From Alphaproteobacteria bacterium (GTDB lineage: Bacteria > Pseudomonadota > Alphaproteobacteria > GM7ARS4 > G965262615), in the NCBI GenBank assembly GCA_965262615.1, contig OZ253545.1, positions 224,001 through 288,000 on the forward strand: a stretch of 64,000 nt of DNA. The letters run 5' to 3'. How positions within the stretch are numbered: position 1 is the first letter of the stretch; every line of letters starts with the position of its first letter. Shown in pieces: positions 44,901-58,689 of the stretch. The notes beneath the pieces are model-generated. The model was not told the origin of the DNA and ran no database searches. It saw nothing but the letters and a program-made list of their open reading frames with translations. The translations under genes were made by a program, and so were the position numbers.

Positions 44901-47900
44901 TGAGTCTTCCCTGATACCCACTGCCGTCTGCCAGTTGTGCATCAGACGCGTCCACGACACTGCCGTTGTTAAGATTGAGGGTGGTGAGTCCGCCAGAGGC
45001 ATCAGAGAGCAGCAACAATTCAGACCCACTGCCACTGAGCGTGATGGTGCCCGTGTTGGTGATGGTGGCATTGGCATCTTGTCCACTAAAGGTGATGTCT
45101 ATGGCTGAGGCGTTATCAACGCTGGGAGCACCGATTCCGTGGGCGGCGAGAAGGATGCTTCCGGTGTTACTCACAGACACGGCTGTGCTGTTGGCATGAA
45201 CGATTTGGATGCCTTTGTGCCCACTGCCACAGTTTGTGGTGCAGGGGGTGACAAATCCGAGTCTCTGACTATTGGTGACGCTGGTGTCTCCGCCGGCCGT
45301 TCCTGAGGCCACATAGATTGCGCCCAGATTGTCATTTCCTGCGATGAAGTTGATGCTGCCATCATTATTGACGATGACTGCTCCTGCCGCTTTCACCCGC
45401 AAGCCAAATTTTGATGATGCCGCCACTGCAAACACTCTCTTATTGATGGCAGCGACAGAAGTCTGATTATTGACGGTGATATTGCCGCTGACCATTGACC
45501 CAGAGACGGTGCCATCAATATCAAAGGCGTGATTGGCGGATGTGGCACTGGTGTTGATGTTGTTAGCAAGCGGCGAGTCGGCACTGCCGAGATGAAGAAT
45601 GAGGTCGCCGCTGATGGGGCTTGTGACACCGCTGGTTTGTGCGATGATGTCCGCCAGCGTTGCTCCTTGCACATATTCTTTGGAGGCTCTGGCACTGCCG
45701 CCACAGGTGATTTCGGTTGCGCTGGCGTTTGTTCCCTGAGCGCATGTCAAGCGGACGGTGGCGGGGGTCAGACCACTCCATGAAACCCTCAAGTCATAAG
45801 AAGTGCTGGTGTTGGTGGGGAGCGTGAGCCCGATTGTTCCTGTGTATTGGGTGGAGCCTTGAAATATTTGCACCTTTTCTTGGAGGTGGGCGACGGTCAA
45901 GCCTGTTTCCAGCATGAGCATGCTGCCCTGATTGCCGATGAGAGTGAATGCACTTTGAGATGACAAGTTGGCTCCCGTGGGCAGATAAATCTGAATAACG
46001 GGAGCGTTGTCGCCAATGCCATTAAAGAAGGGATTGGGCAGTGAGATGGGGTTTGATGCGTAACTGCTGTGAAGGAAGAGTCGCAAGATACCATTGGCAT
46101 TGAGATTGAATCTCTCAAGCGATGAGAGGGTCACTCCCGATGAAGGATTGCTGCCGTCTCCCAATGCCAGCACACCGCCTCTGTTGACATTGATTTGGTC
46201 ATTGCCGTTATTGAAGTTGTTACTGCCAAACAGCGAGACCAGTCCGCCGTCATTGATGTTGAGCCTGTCATCGCCTCCCTGTTGATTGCTATTGACGGTT
46301 CTGCCAGCCGTTCCTGAGAAGACAAACGAGGCACGACTGCCTTTATTGGCATTGATGACGAAGTTGCCCCTATAGTTTGTGGTGGCGGCGTTGTCTCCGG
46401 ACTCTTTGATGTAAGTCTTGACACTTCTGGCATCAATGACGCTTCCATCATTGAGGTTGAGTGTGATGGTGTCATCCTTTCTGCCGAATCTCATTCTGAC
46501 CAGTTCGGACTCTGCGCCACTCATGGTGATGGTTCCCGAATTATTGATGACATAATTGGCGGGGGTGGTAGATGTCACGCGACTGGTCTCACGGATGCTG
46601 ACGGTAAAGGCGGCAGACCCAAACGAGCTGCCAAGATTAATATCCCCACTATTGGCGATGATCTCGCGCGGGATGGCGACCACTCTCACGGTGTTGTTTT
46701 CCACCACGCGGCGGGTGTGATAGTCAACTGTCTCGGCTTGGATGATGGTGGCGATTCCCACATGAGATTTGCCACAATTGGCGGCACAGCCCCCGATGAA
46801 TCCGATGGAGGCGGCATTATTGATTCTGGGCAGTCTGCCGCCAGCGATAATTCCCGCCATGAAGTCACCGTATTGGCTTGTGCCATCTTTGCTGTGTTGT
46901 TTGAAGGCGATGGGGCTGGCGTTATTGATGTTGAGTCTGCTGACACCAGTGGCAAAGCCTTGGGTGATAAAAATACCAGCCACTTGTTCGCCTCTGTCTT
47001 TGGCGTTTTTGACTTCAATGGTGCGTTTGACTCCGCCATCAAAGTATTGGGCATTGAGGGTGAAGATGCCAGAGAAATCGTGGACATTCCCCGTGCCAAG
47101 GTCGGCATAGAACCCGTGACTGATGGAATCGGAAGCGGTGTTGATATCGGCGGCAAGCGGGGCGCGCACCGAGCCGATATTGACGATTGTATTCGCGATG
47201 GTGCGTTTGGTTGTCAATCCGCTGACATTGGAGAGGATGCTATCCAGCACCATGCCTCGTTTGAATTCCTCCGCCGTGGCAGAGCCGTATCCGCAACTGA
47301 TGACGCTAGCCGCGAGGTTACAGCTCATGGTGGTGGGCGCGGCGATAAACCACGAAAGCATGAGAAGGGGCGCGTTATTGCTACTGCCGCCCGTTCCCGT
47401 TCTCCAGGTGACGGTTGTGGGGGTGAGCTGGGTGACTCTGCCACTCGCATCCACGGTGAAGAAGCGCGTTGCTGCGCTGAGGAAGTTTTGCAAAAAGGTT
47501 TCTCTGAAGAGAGCGGTGTAGTTGGTGTTATTGGCGGAAGCTCTCACGATGATTTCCTTTGCGGTGATGACCGTCAAAGCGGTTTGGGCGTTGCGTTGCG
47601 AGATGGGCATTCCTGCGGGCAGATAGATATCCATGGTGGGAGCGGCGATGGTGCTACCATTTCGCAAAACGAGGTTTGTGTCGCTACCCAAGGACATTCC
47701 CGTCAATGCGCCACCGCCGTATGCCAGATGAACGCCGAGCGTTGCGCCCGGTGACACATCCAGAGTGTCAAGTCCTGTGATAGAGGCATTGGCGGCGGCG
47801 GTAGAGCCAGAGCCAAAGACAACCTCGCCACCGGGTTTGGCAAAGATGGTGCTGGTGCCGCTGGTGCTGACCGACGACGCGGAATCATGATGCCATGTGC

Positions 47901-50900
47901 TGCCATCTTCCAGATTGACGGTGAAATTGCCACCGCCTGATTTCGTCACCCCGCCAGACACAACGGCATTGTCATTGATATTGATGATAGCCCTCCCCAC
48001 ATTCAGATTCACCAGTTTGCCGCTGGTGACTCGCGCGCCATCATTGAAGTTGATGGTGCTCATGGCATTGCCAGACCCCGACACATACACAGCCGTGCCA
48101 CCCGTGATAATTGTCCCCGAATTGGTGATGGTGATGCTAGCGGTCGCAGAGCCTTTTTCAACATCAATGGCACGAGAGGAAGACCCAGAGCCGACATTGA
48201 TTGTTCCACTGTTACTGATGGTGATGGTGCCACCAGAATTGCCGCGTGTGACATGAATTCCTTTGTGGGCGTTACTGCACAGCGCAATGCAATGCCCGCG
48301 GTATCCGATGGTTGCCCCGCTATTGTTGGTGACGCTCACCGTTCCCGAGCCACCACTTTGAGCATAAAGCCCCGTGAGAGTGACGCTGTTGCCACTCGCT
48401 CCGGCGGCATCAAAAATGAGGTCACCCGCATTGGTGACGGTCACATTGGCGGCGGATTTGGCATACAACGCCGATTGGTTATTGCCGCGCACAAAAATAG
48501 TCCGCTTAGTGGTGACGCTAGACCCTGTTTGGTTAGTGACGGTGAGATTGGCAGAAACCATTGAGCCAGTGACCGTGCCATCGGCGGTGAGCCCGTGTCC
48601 CGTTCCCTCCAGATTGACATCACTGACAAGATTACTCCCACCAAAATCAAAGTTCAAATTGCCTGTGCGCGGGCTATCCAAACCCGTTGTGCCTGCGAAG
48701 ACATCTTTAAGGTTGATGCCCCGCCGAAATTCGTGGCTTCCAGCCCGTCCGCCACCACAGGTCAGTTCGCCACTGTTGTGGGCACATGTCATGGTGGTGC
48801 GAGCAGTGTCGGCGGTGAGTGCGCCCCATGTGACTTGCAATTCTTCGCTGGCTTCGCTGAAGGAAATCGTTCCCGTGTAGTTTTGATTCCCCTGATAAAT
48901 CCGCACCCGAGATTCAAGCCCCGTGAGAGTGTCATTGGAGACCGTCAGCGCGGGGGTTGGTGTGCCCGAAGCAATGATGGAAAAAGCCGTCTTGGCGGCA
49001 ATGGTGTAGCCACTGGGCAGATAGATTTCAATATAGGGAGCACTCGCAGCACCCTGAATGTTCACACCGCCTCCCAGCGTGGCTTTGGTGAAGGAGCTGT
49101 CCATATACAGCACCAGTGTGCTGTCGGCATTGATGTTGGTGCTTGCCAAACCTGAGAAGGTGGCATTGTCCGAACCATCGGAGCTGTTGCCCACCACCAA
49201 TGCACCGCCACCATTCACCGTGAGAACATCCGATCCAGAACCAAAGGCATTGACACCATCCAGATTCAATGTGCCACCACTACGGACAATCACACTGTCA
49301 TCGCCACCTGCGAGATCAAATCTGCCTTTGGCAAACCCGCCGTTCACATTCACGGCAATTGCGGGGTCTTTGACACCGGTTGCGGTCACATACTGGGTGT
49401 CCACCAGTTTGCCTGTTCGCACCAGTCCGCCATTGAGGTTGACGGTGACGGTGGAATCGTTGGCGGTGGCGTATTCGCCTGCGAGATAAATGGCGGTGCT
49501 GTTTGTTCCGCCGACAATGTTTCCTGTGTTGGTGACGGTGACATTGCCCACATTGAGATTACCCACAGTGCTGACGACAATAGCCTGATTGGGCGCGGAT
49601 GAAGTTCCCGTGCCGATGGAAATCGTGCCCGAATTGGTGACGGTGGCGATTCCCGTTCCAATATGATTGGCAAAAATGCCCACATGATTGCTGCCACAAC
49701 CGGATGTGCAGACGGTGTCAAATCCCACAGTGCCAGAGTTGCTGACGGTGAGACTTCCCCCACCACCACTGCGCACCTCAAGGGCTCGCATGGTATTGGC
49801 AAAACTGCCCGCAACTTGGTCAAAGAACAGATTGCCGGCGTTATTGACGGTCACGGAGCTTGCCGAACGCACAAACAACGCGGCTCTGCCGAGACTGCGC
49901 ACCTGAACGGCTTGTTTGCTGACACTCGCCACCTGATGATTGACGGTGATTGACCCGGTCACTCGTGAGCGATTCGCCGTGCCATCTATTTCAATGCCGT
50001 GTCCTGTGCCTTCGGTATTGATTGTTCGTCCGAAGTCATCAAGTGAGAACACGGCATCGCCCGCGATGGCTCTCACGCCTGCGGCATTAAAGATGGCGGT
50101 GGCTGTCATGCCGAAACGCGCCGTCTCGTCCGAGGAGCTGACACACGAGATGGCATTGCCAGCGACTCCACAGGTGAGCTCAGTGGGCGCGCTCAGCTGC
50201 CCCCATGCCACTTGCAGATTATTGCCAGACTTGGTGAATGTGAGCGTTCCTTCCAGTTCAATGCCGCCTCTGGTGATGACGGCGAAACTGCCCAATTGGG
50301 CGAGGGCGGCATCACTGACCGTCAAATTATCGGCAGAGATGATGGTGAATGCGTTCCGTGAGCCAAGGGTGACTCCCACGGGCAGATTGAGAACAATGCT
50401 CACCCCCTCATTGATGGTCACCGCGGTGTCCGAACTCACATCAAGGGCGGTATCAAATGTGCTTCCCGTTTGGCTGAGAAACAAACCGAGCGTCCCCGAT
50501 GACATCACCGTGAATGTCTCCAAACCACTGATGGAAACGCCATCCGAGCCATTGGTGGCATCACCAACACGCAAAACCCCGTCACGATTGACCGTGAGAG
50601 AATCCGTGCCACCACCAAAATCGGATGTGCCATTGCCAAGCACCAATGCGCCGCCACTATTGACGGTGACGGTGTCAGCTCCGCCAGCTAAATTCAATCT
50701 GCCCGTTGCCGTGCCGCCCGCCACAGTCACCGTGACATTTTGCGAGCCATTGGCATTGAGCAAGGTGTCAGCCGTCACCGTGCCGCCATTGAAATTGACG
50801 ACCGATGCGCCAGTAGGATTGTTAAGCCAAACGGCAAAACTATCCACATTGATGTTGCCCGTGTTGGTCACCGTCTGTGTGCCGCGATTCAAATAAAATC

Positions 50901-53900
50901 CAATACTGGAGGTGTTGGTGGTGGCATTGGGTCTCATGGTGATTGTGCCAGAGTTGGTGACGGTGTTCGCCCCCGTGCCAGAGGCAACCTGTGAGAAAAT
51001 GCCGACATGGACGCTGTTACAATTGGTAGTGCAGGTGGCGGCAAAGCTGATGTTGCCCGTGTTGCTGACACTGGCTGTGCCATTTGCCGCGGCATCGGCT
51101 TGAATGCCGCGCAGTCCAGCATTATAGCCGCCGCCTGTTTTTTCAGCAAAAACAAGATTGGCGGCATTGCTCACCGTCACTGAAGCGGCGGATTTCACAT
51201 ACAATGCGGCTTTTCGTTCCCCCCGCACCTGCACGGTTCGTCTTGTGCCGGTGGTTTGATGATTGACGGTCAAATTGCCGGTCACGGAAGAGCCACTGTC
51301 TGTGCCGTCAATTTCAATTCCGTGATTGGCACTTGTGCTGGTGGTGTTCACATCGGTGCTGAATCCATTGAGCGTGACCGAGCCACTGCCGGTGATTGAT
51401 GAGACTCCTGCTCTTGCGAAAATGGTAGCGAGTGTCAATCCGCTTTGCAGTTCCGAGCCGAATCCGCCTGTGCATCGGATGGCGGTGGTTCCCGAACAGC
51501 GCATGGGAGCTTCGGCTCGCCACGACACGGTGAGAATAGACCCATTGCTTCTGGTTGTCAGCGAGCCGAACAGCCCCGCATCACCGCCGAGACTGAGCGA
51601 TGAGCGAGAGCCATCGGCGTTCTGGCGATAAAAATCAATGCTCACCGCCTCAAGATACGCCTGCAGTTGTGAGCTGGTGAGGGTATTTGCGCCATCACTG
51701 CCGCTGATAGACCGAGCGGTCAAAATATCAACGGTGAAGGCATCCCCCACACTGAAGGCAGAGTTCGCAGGAAGGACGATGGCAACCCCTGCTCGCTGAT
51801 TGCTGGCATTTTGATACAGCACCACATTGGTTCCCGCCATGACAGCACCGCCCGTGTAGCCGCTCCCTGATGCCTTCAGATAGATGGCGATGGTGGAATT
51901 GGCACGAGCCTCAAAGGTCTCCAAGCCTACGATGGTGACATCGGAAGACACCATGCCACTCGTGCCACCGCCGATATGAAACTCACCGTAATTCACCACC
52001 TTATCGGCAGTGTCTACATTGACCCTAGTGGCGGAGGGGTTGTTGACGGTGTTTCCTAACCGCACTTCGCCAGCCACACTGCCAAAAGTTCCCATGTCCA
52101 TGCCGAGGGTGCGGAAGACGGCGTTTGTCACATAGGTGTTGCCTGTGCCGCTGTAGCCGATGGTGATGGTGTCGGTGTCATTGCTGCCTGTGTAATATCC
52201 TTCCATGCGCTTGGCTTCACCCGCGCCTGTGTGAAAGAGATTCAATTTGGGGTCCCGCGTCCGCAAGCCACAATTGGTGTCTGAGTTTACTGATGCCCCC
52301 ACAATCCGAAGCCGTCCGCCAACGGGAATCCGCAAGACCCTTCCATCGCCCTGTCCGCCCGTGATTTGAAATAGATTGACAGCATTTGCATCAGTTCCCG
52401 AACAGACGGCATTGCCGCCTCTCGCGCGAGAGAGATCCACAAAAAGATTAATCTCTTCGGTTGCTGTCCGAGAAGTAGCTCTCGTGATAGCGAAGCTTGC
52501 CTCATAACGCACCGATATGAGATCCCCCGTGGTTTGCACCAATCCAGAGTTATTGATGGTGGCTGTTCCTGCCGTGATTGAGCGAATGCCGTTCAAAGTG
52601 ATGGGAGTATTTTCCCGTCCAAACTGGATGACAAAGGCGGCGGAGCGCGCATTGGCGATTGTTGCTTTTCTGCTTGTTCTTTTGCCGGTGCCGCCATCCA
52701 TGATGATAATGTCACCGCTATTGGTGATGGAAAGGTTGTGGGCGGATGCGCCAGAGGCGAATTCCGCCCCACCGAAATGCCCCAAAATCCCCACATGATT
52801 GCTTCCTCTGCTGGCTTGTCTGGTGGTGTCGGTGGCGGCAAATCCGATGCGTCCCGTGTTGGTGATGGTGACATCTTGCGTTCCTCGCACCTGTGCGCCG
52901 ATGAGGCTGTTATTGAAGGAGCTGCCCGTTTTGCTGAAGACCAGTTGCCCAGCGTTTCTCAGCGTGACATCCTTGTCGTGCTTGACAAACACCGATGCCT
53001 TGTCCGATGCCCGCACCTGAATATCACGGATGGTCTGAGACGAGCCCTGCAGATTGACCGTCAGTGTGCCGCCCACATCGGAGCTTGCCGCCGTGCCATC
53101 GGCGATGAAGCCGTGGTCTGTGCCTGATGTGTTCACGGTGGCGGCGAGATTATTGACACTGAGGGTGAGATTGCCCGACACACTGCCCCCCGTGATGCCT
53201 GTGGCTTTCGCGAAAAATGCCGCCATCGCCATGCCATTGATGAATTCATAGTCGGTGGCGTTACCGCCTAAACAGGAAAGGGTGGTTGCCGAAAGCGAGC
53301 AGGACAGAGAACTGGGGGCAACGCCAAGATTCGTCCACGCCAACTGGAGTTCTTTGCCATTGTTAGATTTGGTGAAGGTGACGGTGGCGGCATACCGCTC
53401 GCCGCCGCGAATGATTCGCAGATTGCTCGCCAGTGCGGTGAGGGTGGCATCGCTGACGGTGAGCGTTCCCGTTCCCACATCAATGATGGTGCTGGCGGCT
53501 CTGTCGGCGAGGCTGAATCCTGCGGGCAGATACAGTTCAATGATGGCATTGCCAAGCGTCAATGCGGTGTTGGTGCCGAATTCGTTGAGGGAGCTACCGT
53601 CATTCTCATAAAAACGCAAAGTCGCCCCCGCATTGATGGTGAATGTATCCAAGCCCGTCATGGTCACGCCGTCCGAGCCGTTGGTGGCATCGCCCAGATG
53701 CAACGCGCCACCGCTATTGACCGTGATGGCATCCGTTCCCGTGCCAAAAACAGACGCGCCATTGGCAAGCACCAGCGTGCCGCCGTTATTGACATTCACC
53801 GTGTCATCCTCGTTGGTGAGACTAAATCTGCCCGTTGCCGTGCCGCCGCCCACATTCACGGTGACAGATTGGTTGGGGCTGGACGAAAACACCAGCATAC

Positions 53901-56900
53901 TGTCCACGGTCACCGTGCCGCCGTTGAAGTTAATTGTCGCCGCGCCATTGACACCGCTGGTGAGCAAAACGGCATGAGTGTCGGCGGTGATGTTGCCGGT
54001 GTTGATGAAGGTGGGCGTTCCGCCATCAAAAATCACCCCCCGACTGGAGGTGCCGGCGGTGGTTTTCATATTGAGTGTGCCCGAATTGGTGACGGTGTTC
54101 GCGCCCGTCCCTGAGGCAACCCGTGAATAAATCGCGCTGTGACCCGTGCCGCAATTGGAAGTGCAACTCAAACCAATGCTTCCCGAATTGGTGACCGATG
54201 CCGTGCCAGACGATGCTTCCGCCCTAATGCCGCGCCGAGTGTTACCCCCCGACACAAGCACAAGACTCGCGGCGTTAGTCACCGTGACACTTGCCGCCGA
54301 TTTCACATATAACGCGGCTTTGTCTGCGCCGCGCACCTGCACATCACGCAAGGTGCTGGAGTTGGTTTGGTTATTGACCGTGAGACTTCCCGTTACCCGC
54401 GAGCGACTCACCGTTCCATCAATTTCAATGCCATGCCCTGTGCCTGCGGTGTTGACGGTGGCGGCGAGATTGCCCAAGTTCAGCGTCAGATTGCCGGCGT
54501 GAGTGCCGCTAGAGAACGCACTGAGCGCCTGCAAACTGATAAAAATGCTGCTCAGTTTGATGCCACCCGTGAATTCGGCGTTGCTGGCGACACCCCCCGA
54601 GCAATCAACGGTGGTGGTGGATGTCGTATAGGAGCAATTCATGGAGGATGCCCTGAAAACCTGCCATCCCACCTGCATTTTTTGTCCCGACTTGGTGAGC
54701 GCGGCTTCAAAGCCTTCAAGCGCGGTGACGGAATTGTTTGTGCCAGCCGTGTAAAGACGCACATTGATTTGACTCGCCGTAAAGGTCAGAGTCTCGCCAG
54801 TTCCTGTGATGGAAATCAAATCAAAGGCGGCGCGATCTTCCAGCGTGTAGCCAGACGGCAACACAATCTCAAGGGTGATAGCCGCGCCACTGCTGGCAAA
54901 ACTCATGCTTCCTTCGGGAAGGGCGAAGACACCGGGCGAGGTGACGCTGTCCACAAACATCCGCAAAGTCGCCCCGGCATTGATATCAAATTCCTCCAAG
55001 AGTCTGATGGTCACCGCGTCCGAGCCAAAGCTCCTCTCACCCAAATGGAGTGTGCCGCCAGCATTGACATTGAGGGTGTCGTCTCCCGTGCTGAAATTGG
55101 AAGTGTCAAGCACCAAAATGCCGCCGTTCACATTGACATCGTCATCGCCTGAGCTGAAAAATAATCCCCCCGATGCCGTGCCGCCCGCCACATTGATGGT
55201 GTAATCGCCACTTCCTGCGTTATCCTGAACCAAGGATCCCCTCGAATCCACCGTTCCGCCATTGAAATTGACGGTGACATCACCACTGATGCTGTTTAAT
55301 CTGATGGCAACGGTGTTGGTGCCGCCCATCGTGATGTCGCCAGTGTTGGTGATGGTCACATTCCGTGATGTTGTGTTAACCTGAATGGCGATGTTGGCGT
55401 TGGCTGGATTGGTGGCATCCGTTGACCTGCCAATCGTGATGTCGCCACTGTTGACGATGGTGACGCCGCCATTGCCACTGGGTGTCACCTCAATGCCCAC
55501 GACACTACGACCACAACCGCTCGTGCATGAAGCTCCGATATCGCCACTGTTGGTGATGGTGCTGGTGAATGTGCCGCCGCTCAGCACCTGAATGCGCGCA
55601 AGCCATTGGCGTAGGTGGTGACATTATTACTGACTGTGCCTCTGAACACCAAATCGGCGGCGTTGGTGAGGGTCACCACCGAATCGTGCTTCACATAGAG
55701 GGCGGCTTTGTTTGCCCCGCGCACCTGCACATCCTGTTTTGTCCCCGTGGTCTGATGATTGACCGTGAGACCGCCCGTCACATCAGAGCCAACCGCCGTC
55801 CCATCCAGCGTGATGCCATGATCCGTGCCTGATGTGTTCACCGTTCCCGTGAGATTGTTAATGTTCAGCGTCAGATTGCCCGAATGGACACCATCGGCAA
55901 AATTACCCCCCCGACTCTTGAACAGACCCCCCATATTGAAGCCACCCGTGAAGTCCGCAGAATTCGCCGTTCCCCCCGTGCAGGTGAGGGTGGATGTGCC
56001 AGCACAGGTGAGGGTGGATGGGGGAACAACAGTCCACGACACCTTCAGCTCATTGCTAACTATTCTCACCGAAATCTCCGCCCCCGTCAATTGGGCACTG
56101 AGACCGTTAGTGCCGCCGATGCTCTGCGTCTTAAAAAGACGCACATTCAAATCATCGGCAAGAACAAAGCCCCCAGTGAGACTGATGCTTCTGCCGGTGC
56201 CGCTCACATCAATCACGGTGAATTCATTGCGGCTCGCCAGTGTGTAGTCGCTGGGCAGTATGATGTCAAGATTGGCGGTGCTGTCGCCATCAAAGACCAA
56301 ATTCCCCGTAGCAAAGGTCCACTCGTCGGCGGCGGTATCGCTGAACCGTTGGGAGCTGCCCATATACAGCTGCAGAGTTCCCCCCGATTTGACGGTGAAT
56401 GTCGTGATACCAAAAATAACAAGACCTCGCACACCAGTGGCGGGCTCTTGTTGGCTCAGCCGCAGTGTGCCGCCGCTTTCCACCGTGAGGGAATCATCGC
56501 CACCACCAAGGTCAATTTGGTTTCCATAAAAATAATTGGCATTGTTTTTCACATTGACGGCATCATTGCCGCCGCCGAGACTAAGCCCCCCTTCCACCGA
56601 GCCGTGATTGATGTTGACGGTGTCGGTGCCATTGCCACTGGCAACATTGACCAAGGTTGCCGCCCTGATCTGACTGCTGAAGGTGATGGTGCTGCTACTG
56701 ACATTGTTCAGCTGAATGGCGTTGCTTCTGCTCACATTAATTGTGCCACTGTTGGTGATGGTTGCCGTGCCGCCCGACACATAAATCCCCGCCGCGGCTT
56801 GATTGCCGATACCAATCGTGCCACTGTTGGTGATGGTGTTTGTTCCCGTGCCCGTGACATGAATGCCATAATGATCATCGCCACACAGGGCGCGGCATGA

Positions 56901-58325
56901 ACCACCATTATACCCAATGAAGTTGCTGTTGGTGATGGTGATGTTGTTGCTGCCCGCATCAACCTCTATGCCTCGCTGACCATCCGGCTCGCTTGAAATC
57001 GTAACAAACAAAAGCCGTGAGTCACTGTTGACGACCGCCGCCCCCGATGTTTTCAAATACAACGCCGCACTGTCATTTGTGCGCCCAACACGCACATCTT
57101 TTTTCTGCCCCGTAGCTGTGCTGGTCTGATTATTGACGGTCACCGTTCCCGATGTGCCGGCGATGGTGGAGTTTCCCGACCGCCGTCCCGTGGTGGTATC
57201 AATGGAGATGCCATCCGCCGTGGTTTGGCGTGAGTTGTTAACTAAATCCGCAAGACTGTTGATATTAAAAACCCAAGCCGAAGTCTGATTGTTAGACTGT
57301 GGGAAAGCGGCGGCATAGAGCTCGCTTTCTGTGAGACCGTCAGTCAAAAGTGCCGTTGAGCCGCCGGTGCAAGTGAAAGTGACGGGGGCTGTTCCACTAT
57401 GGACACACGGAATTGCCAATGGAATTGGCTTATGATTGTTTTCTCTGTGCAAGAGCGCGCCTGTGTCATTGGTTGTGGCATTGGCGAGTTCACGGTCTTG
57501 ATGGGAACAATGAATCATGCCCCATGTGCTATGGGCGGTTTCCGAATCCTGACACGCAATAACTTGGCTAAGACTAAGACTTTGATTGTTTTGTGCTTCT
57601 TGAGCCTGCACAGAGAGTGGCAAAAAGAGTGTAAAGGTGAGCGCGGTCATCACGCCCAGTGCGGTTTTGCCAAAAGATTTGCCAAACGATTTGTCAAAAG
57701 AATTGCCAAACGATTTGCCAAAAGATTTGTCGCCCGTGAAGCTATAAAACGAGCCATCTCTCAAGCCAGCCGCCGAATTGCCAAAAGAATTTCCGCCGCG
57801 TAATCTTCCAAAAGATTTGCCAAACGATTCGCCAAATGATTTGCCAAAAAATTTGCCAGCCCCCGAATTGCCGCCGCGTAATCTGCCAAACGATTTGCCA
57901 AAAGATTTGTCGCCAGTCAAGCTATCCCCCAAGCGACCAACTGAGCCATCCCTTGCTCCACCTATTGAGCCACCGACCGAGCTGCGGCTGGCGAATCTGC
58001 CAAACGATTCGCCAAATGATTTGCCAAAAAATTTGCCAGCCCCCGAATTGCCGCCGCGTAATCTGCCCCCCAAGCCACCAGCCGAGCTGCGGCTGGCGAA
58101 TCTGCCAAACGATTCGCCCAATGATTTGCCCACCGATTTGCCCACCGAATTGTCGCGTGAATTTCGGCTCGCGCCGTTTGCCGATTTGCTGTTGGGCAAT
58201 CGGTCAAGTCTTGCGTATGTTGTTTTGGTGTGTGGTTTTAAGATGAAGGACAAGAGTCGCATCCCTCCGTTCACACAGTTCGTTATCATTGAGGTCATCA
58301 ATTCTGTCATCAGTATTCTCATCAT
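38946..58325 (-). CDS. Giant autotransporter/adhesin (~6,460 aa if joined; two single-base frameshifts at ~55594 and ~40473)
   Basis: Three consecutive ORFs with continuous module pattern; signal h-region ending LPLSVQA; 12 ITNSG/GxGxD-rich modules; C-terminal beta-barrel-like domain ending ATFKMSF; start uncertain (58325-58400). Confidence 0.85.
57666..58150 (-). repeat. In-frame compound repeat (12-bp GKSF units plus longer duplications) in autotransporter leader
   Basis: GGCAAATC(T/G/A)TTT units; duplicated blocks ~57820-57887/58000-58067 and ~57977-58013/58082-58118. Confidence 0.9.
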
Positions 58326-58637
58326 GTTTCTCCCAGAAAAATTCAGCACCGCCCGCCAACACGCCGAGCTCACGCCGACAAGCATCACGCCCATCAGCAC
58401 AACACCCTACAGAAAAATGAACACAATAGCAAGAAGTAATTCACGCAAAGGACAAAACATCTGCACAAAAATTACGAGCCATCTGCACAAAAAATAAGCG
58501 AAAAAAATCCGCGAAAACGGCAATGAACGGCAGAACGCACGGCAAACACGCACCACCCACAATGATTGAAATTCAATTTCTCATTGAATACCATAAGGAA
58601 CACCGTAGGGAATACATGGCGACACCCTGTGAGCTCT

Positions 58638-58673
58638 TTATGCCATCACTTATTCCATCACTTATGCCACCAC
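58638..58673 (+). repeat. 3 x 12-bp tandem repeat just upstream of the tRNA
   Basis: TTATGCCATCAC TTATTCCATCAC TTATGCCACCAC. Confidence 0.8.
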
Positions 58674-58689
58674 CCCTACCTCATGCAAA

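Noticed and set aside
40475-58497. Numerous plus-strand ORFs across the giant gene, including the PKDL/PNDL-repeat ORF 57778-58497
   Set aside because: Antisense shadows of a biased, repetitive coding strand
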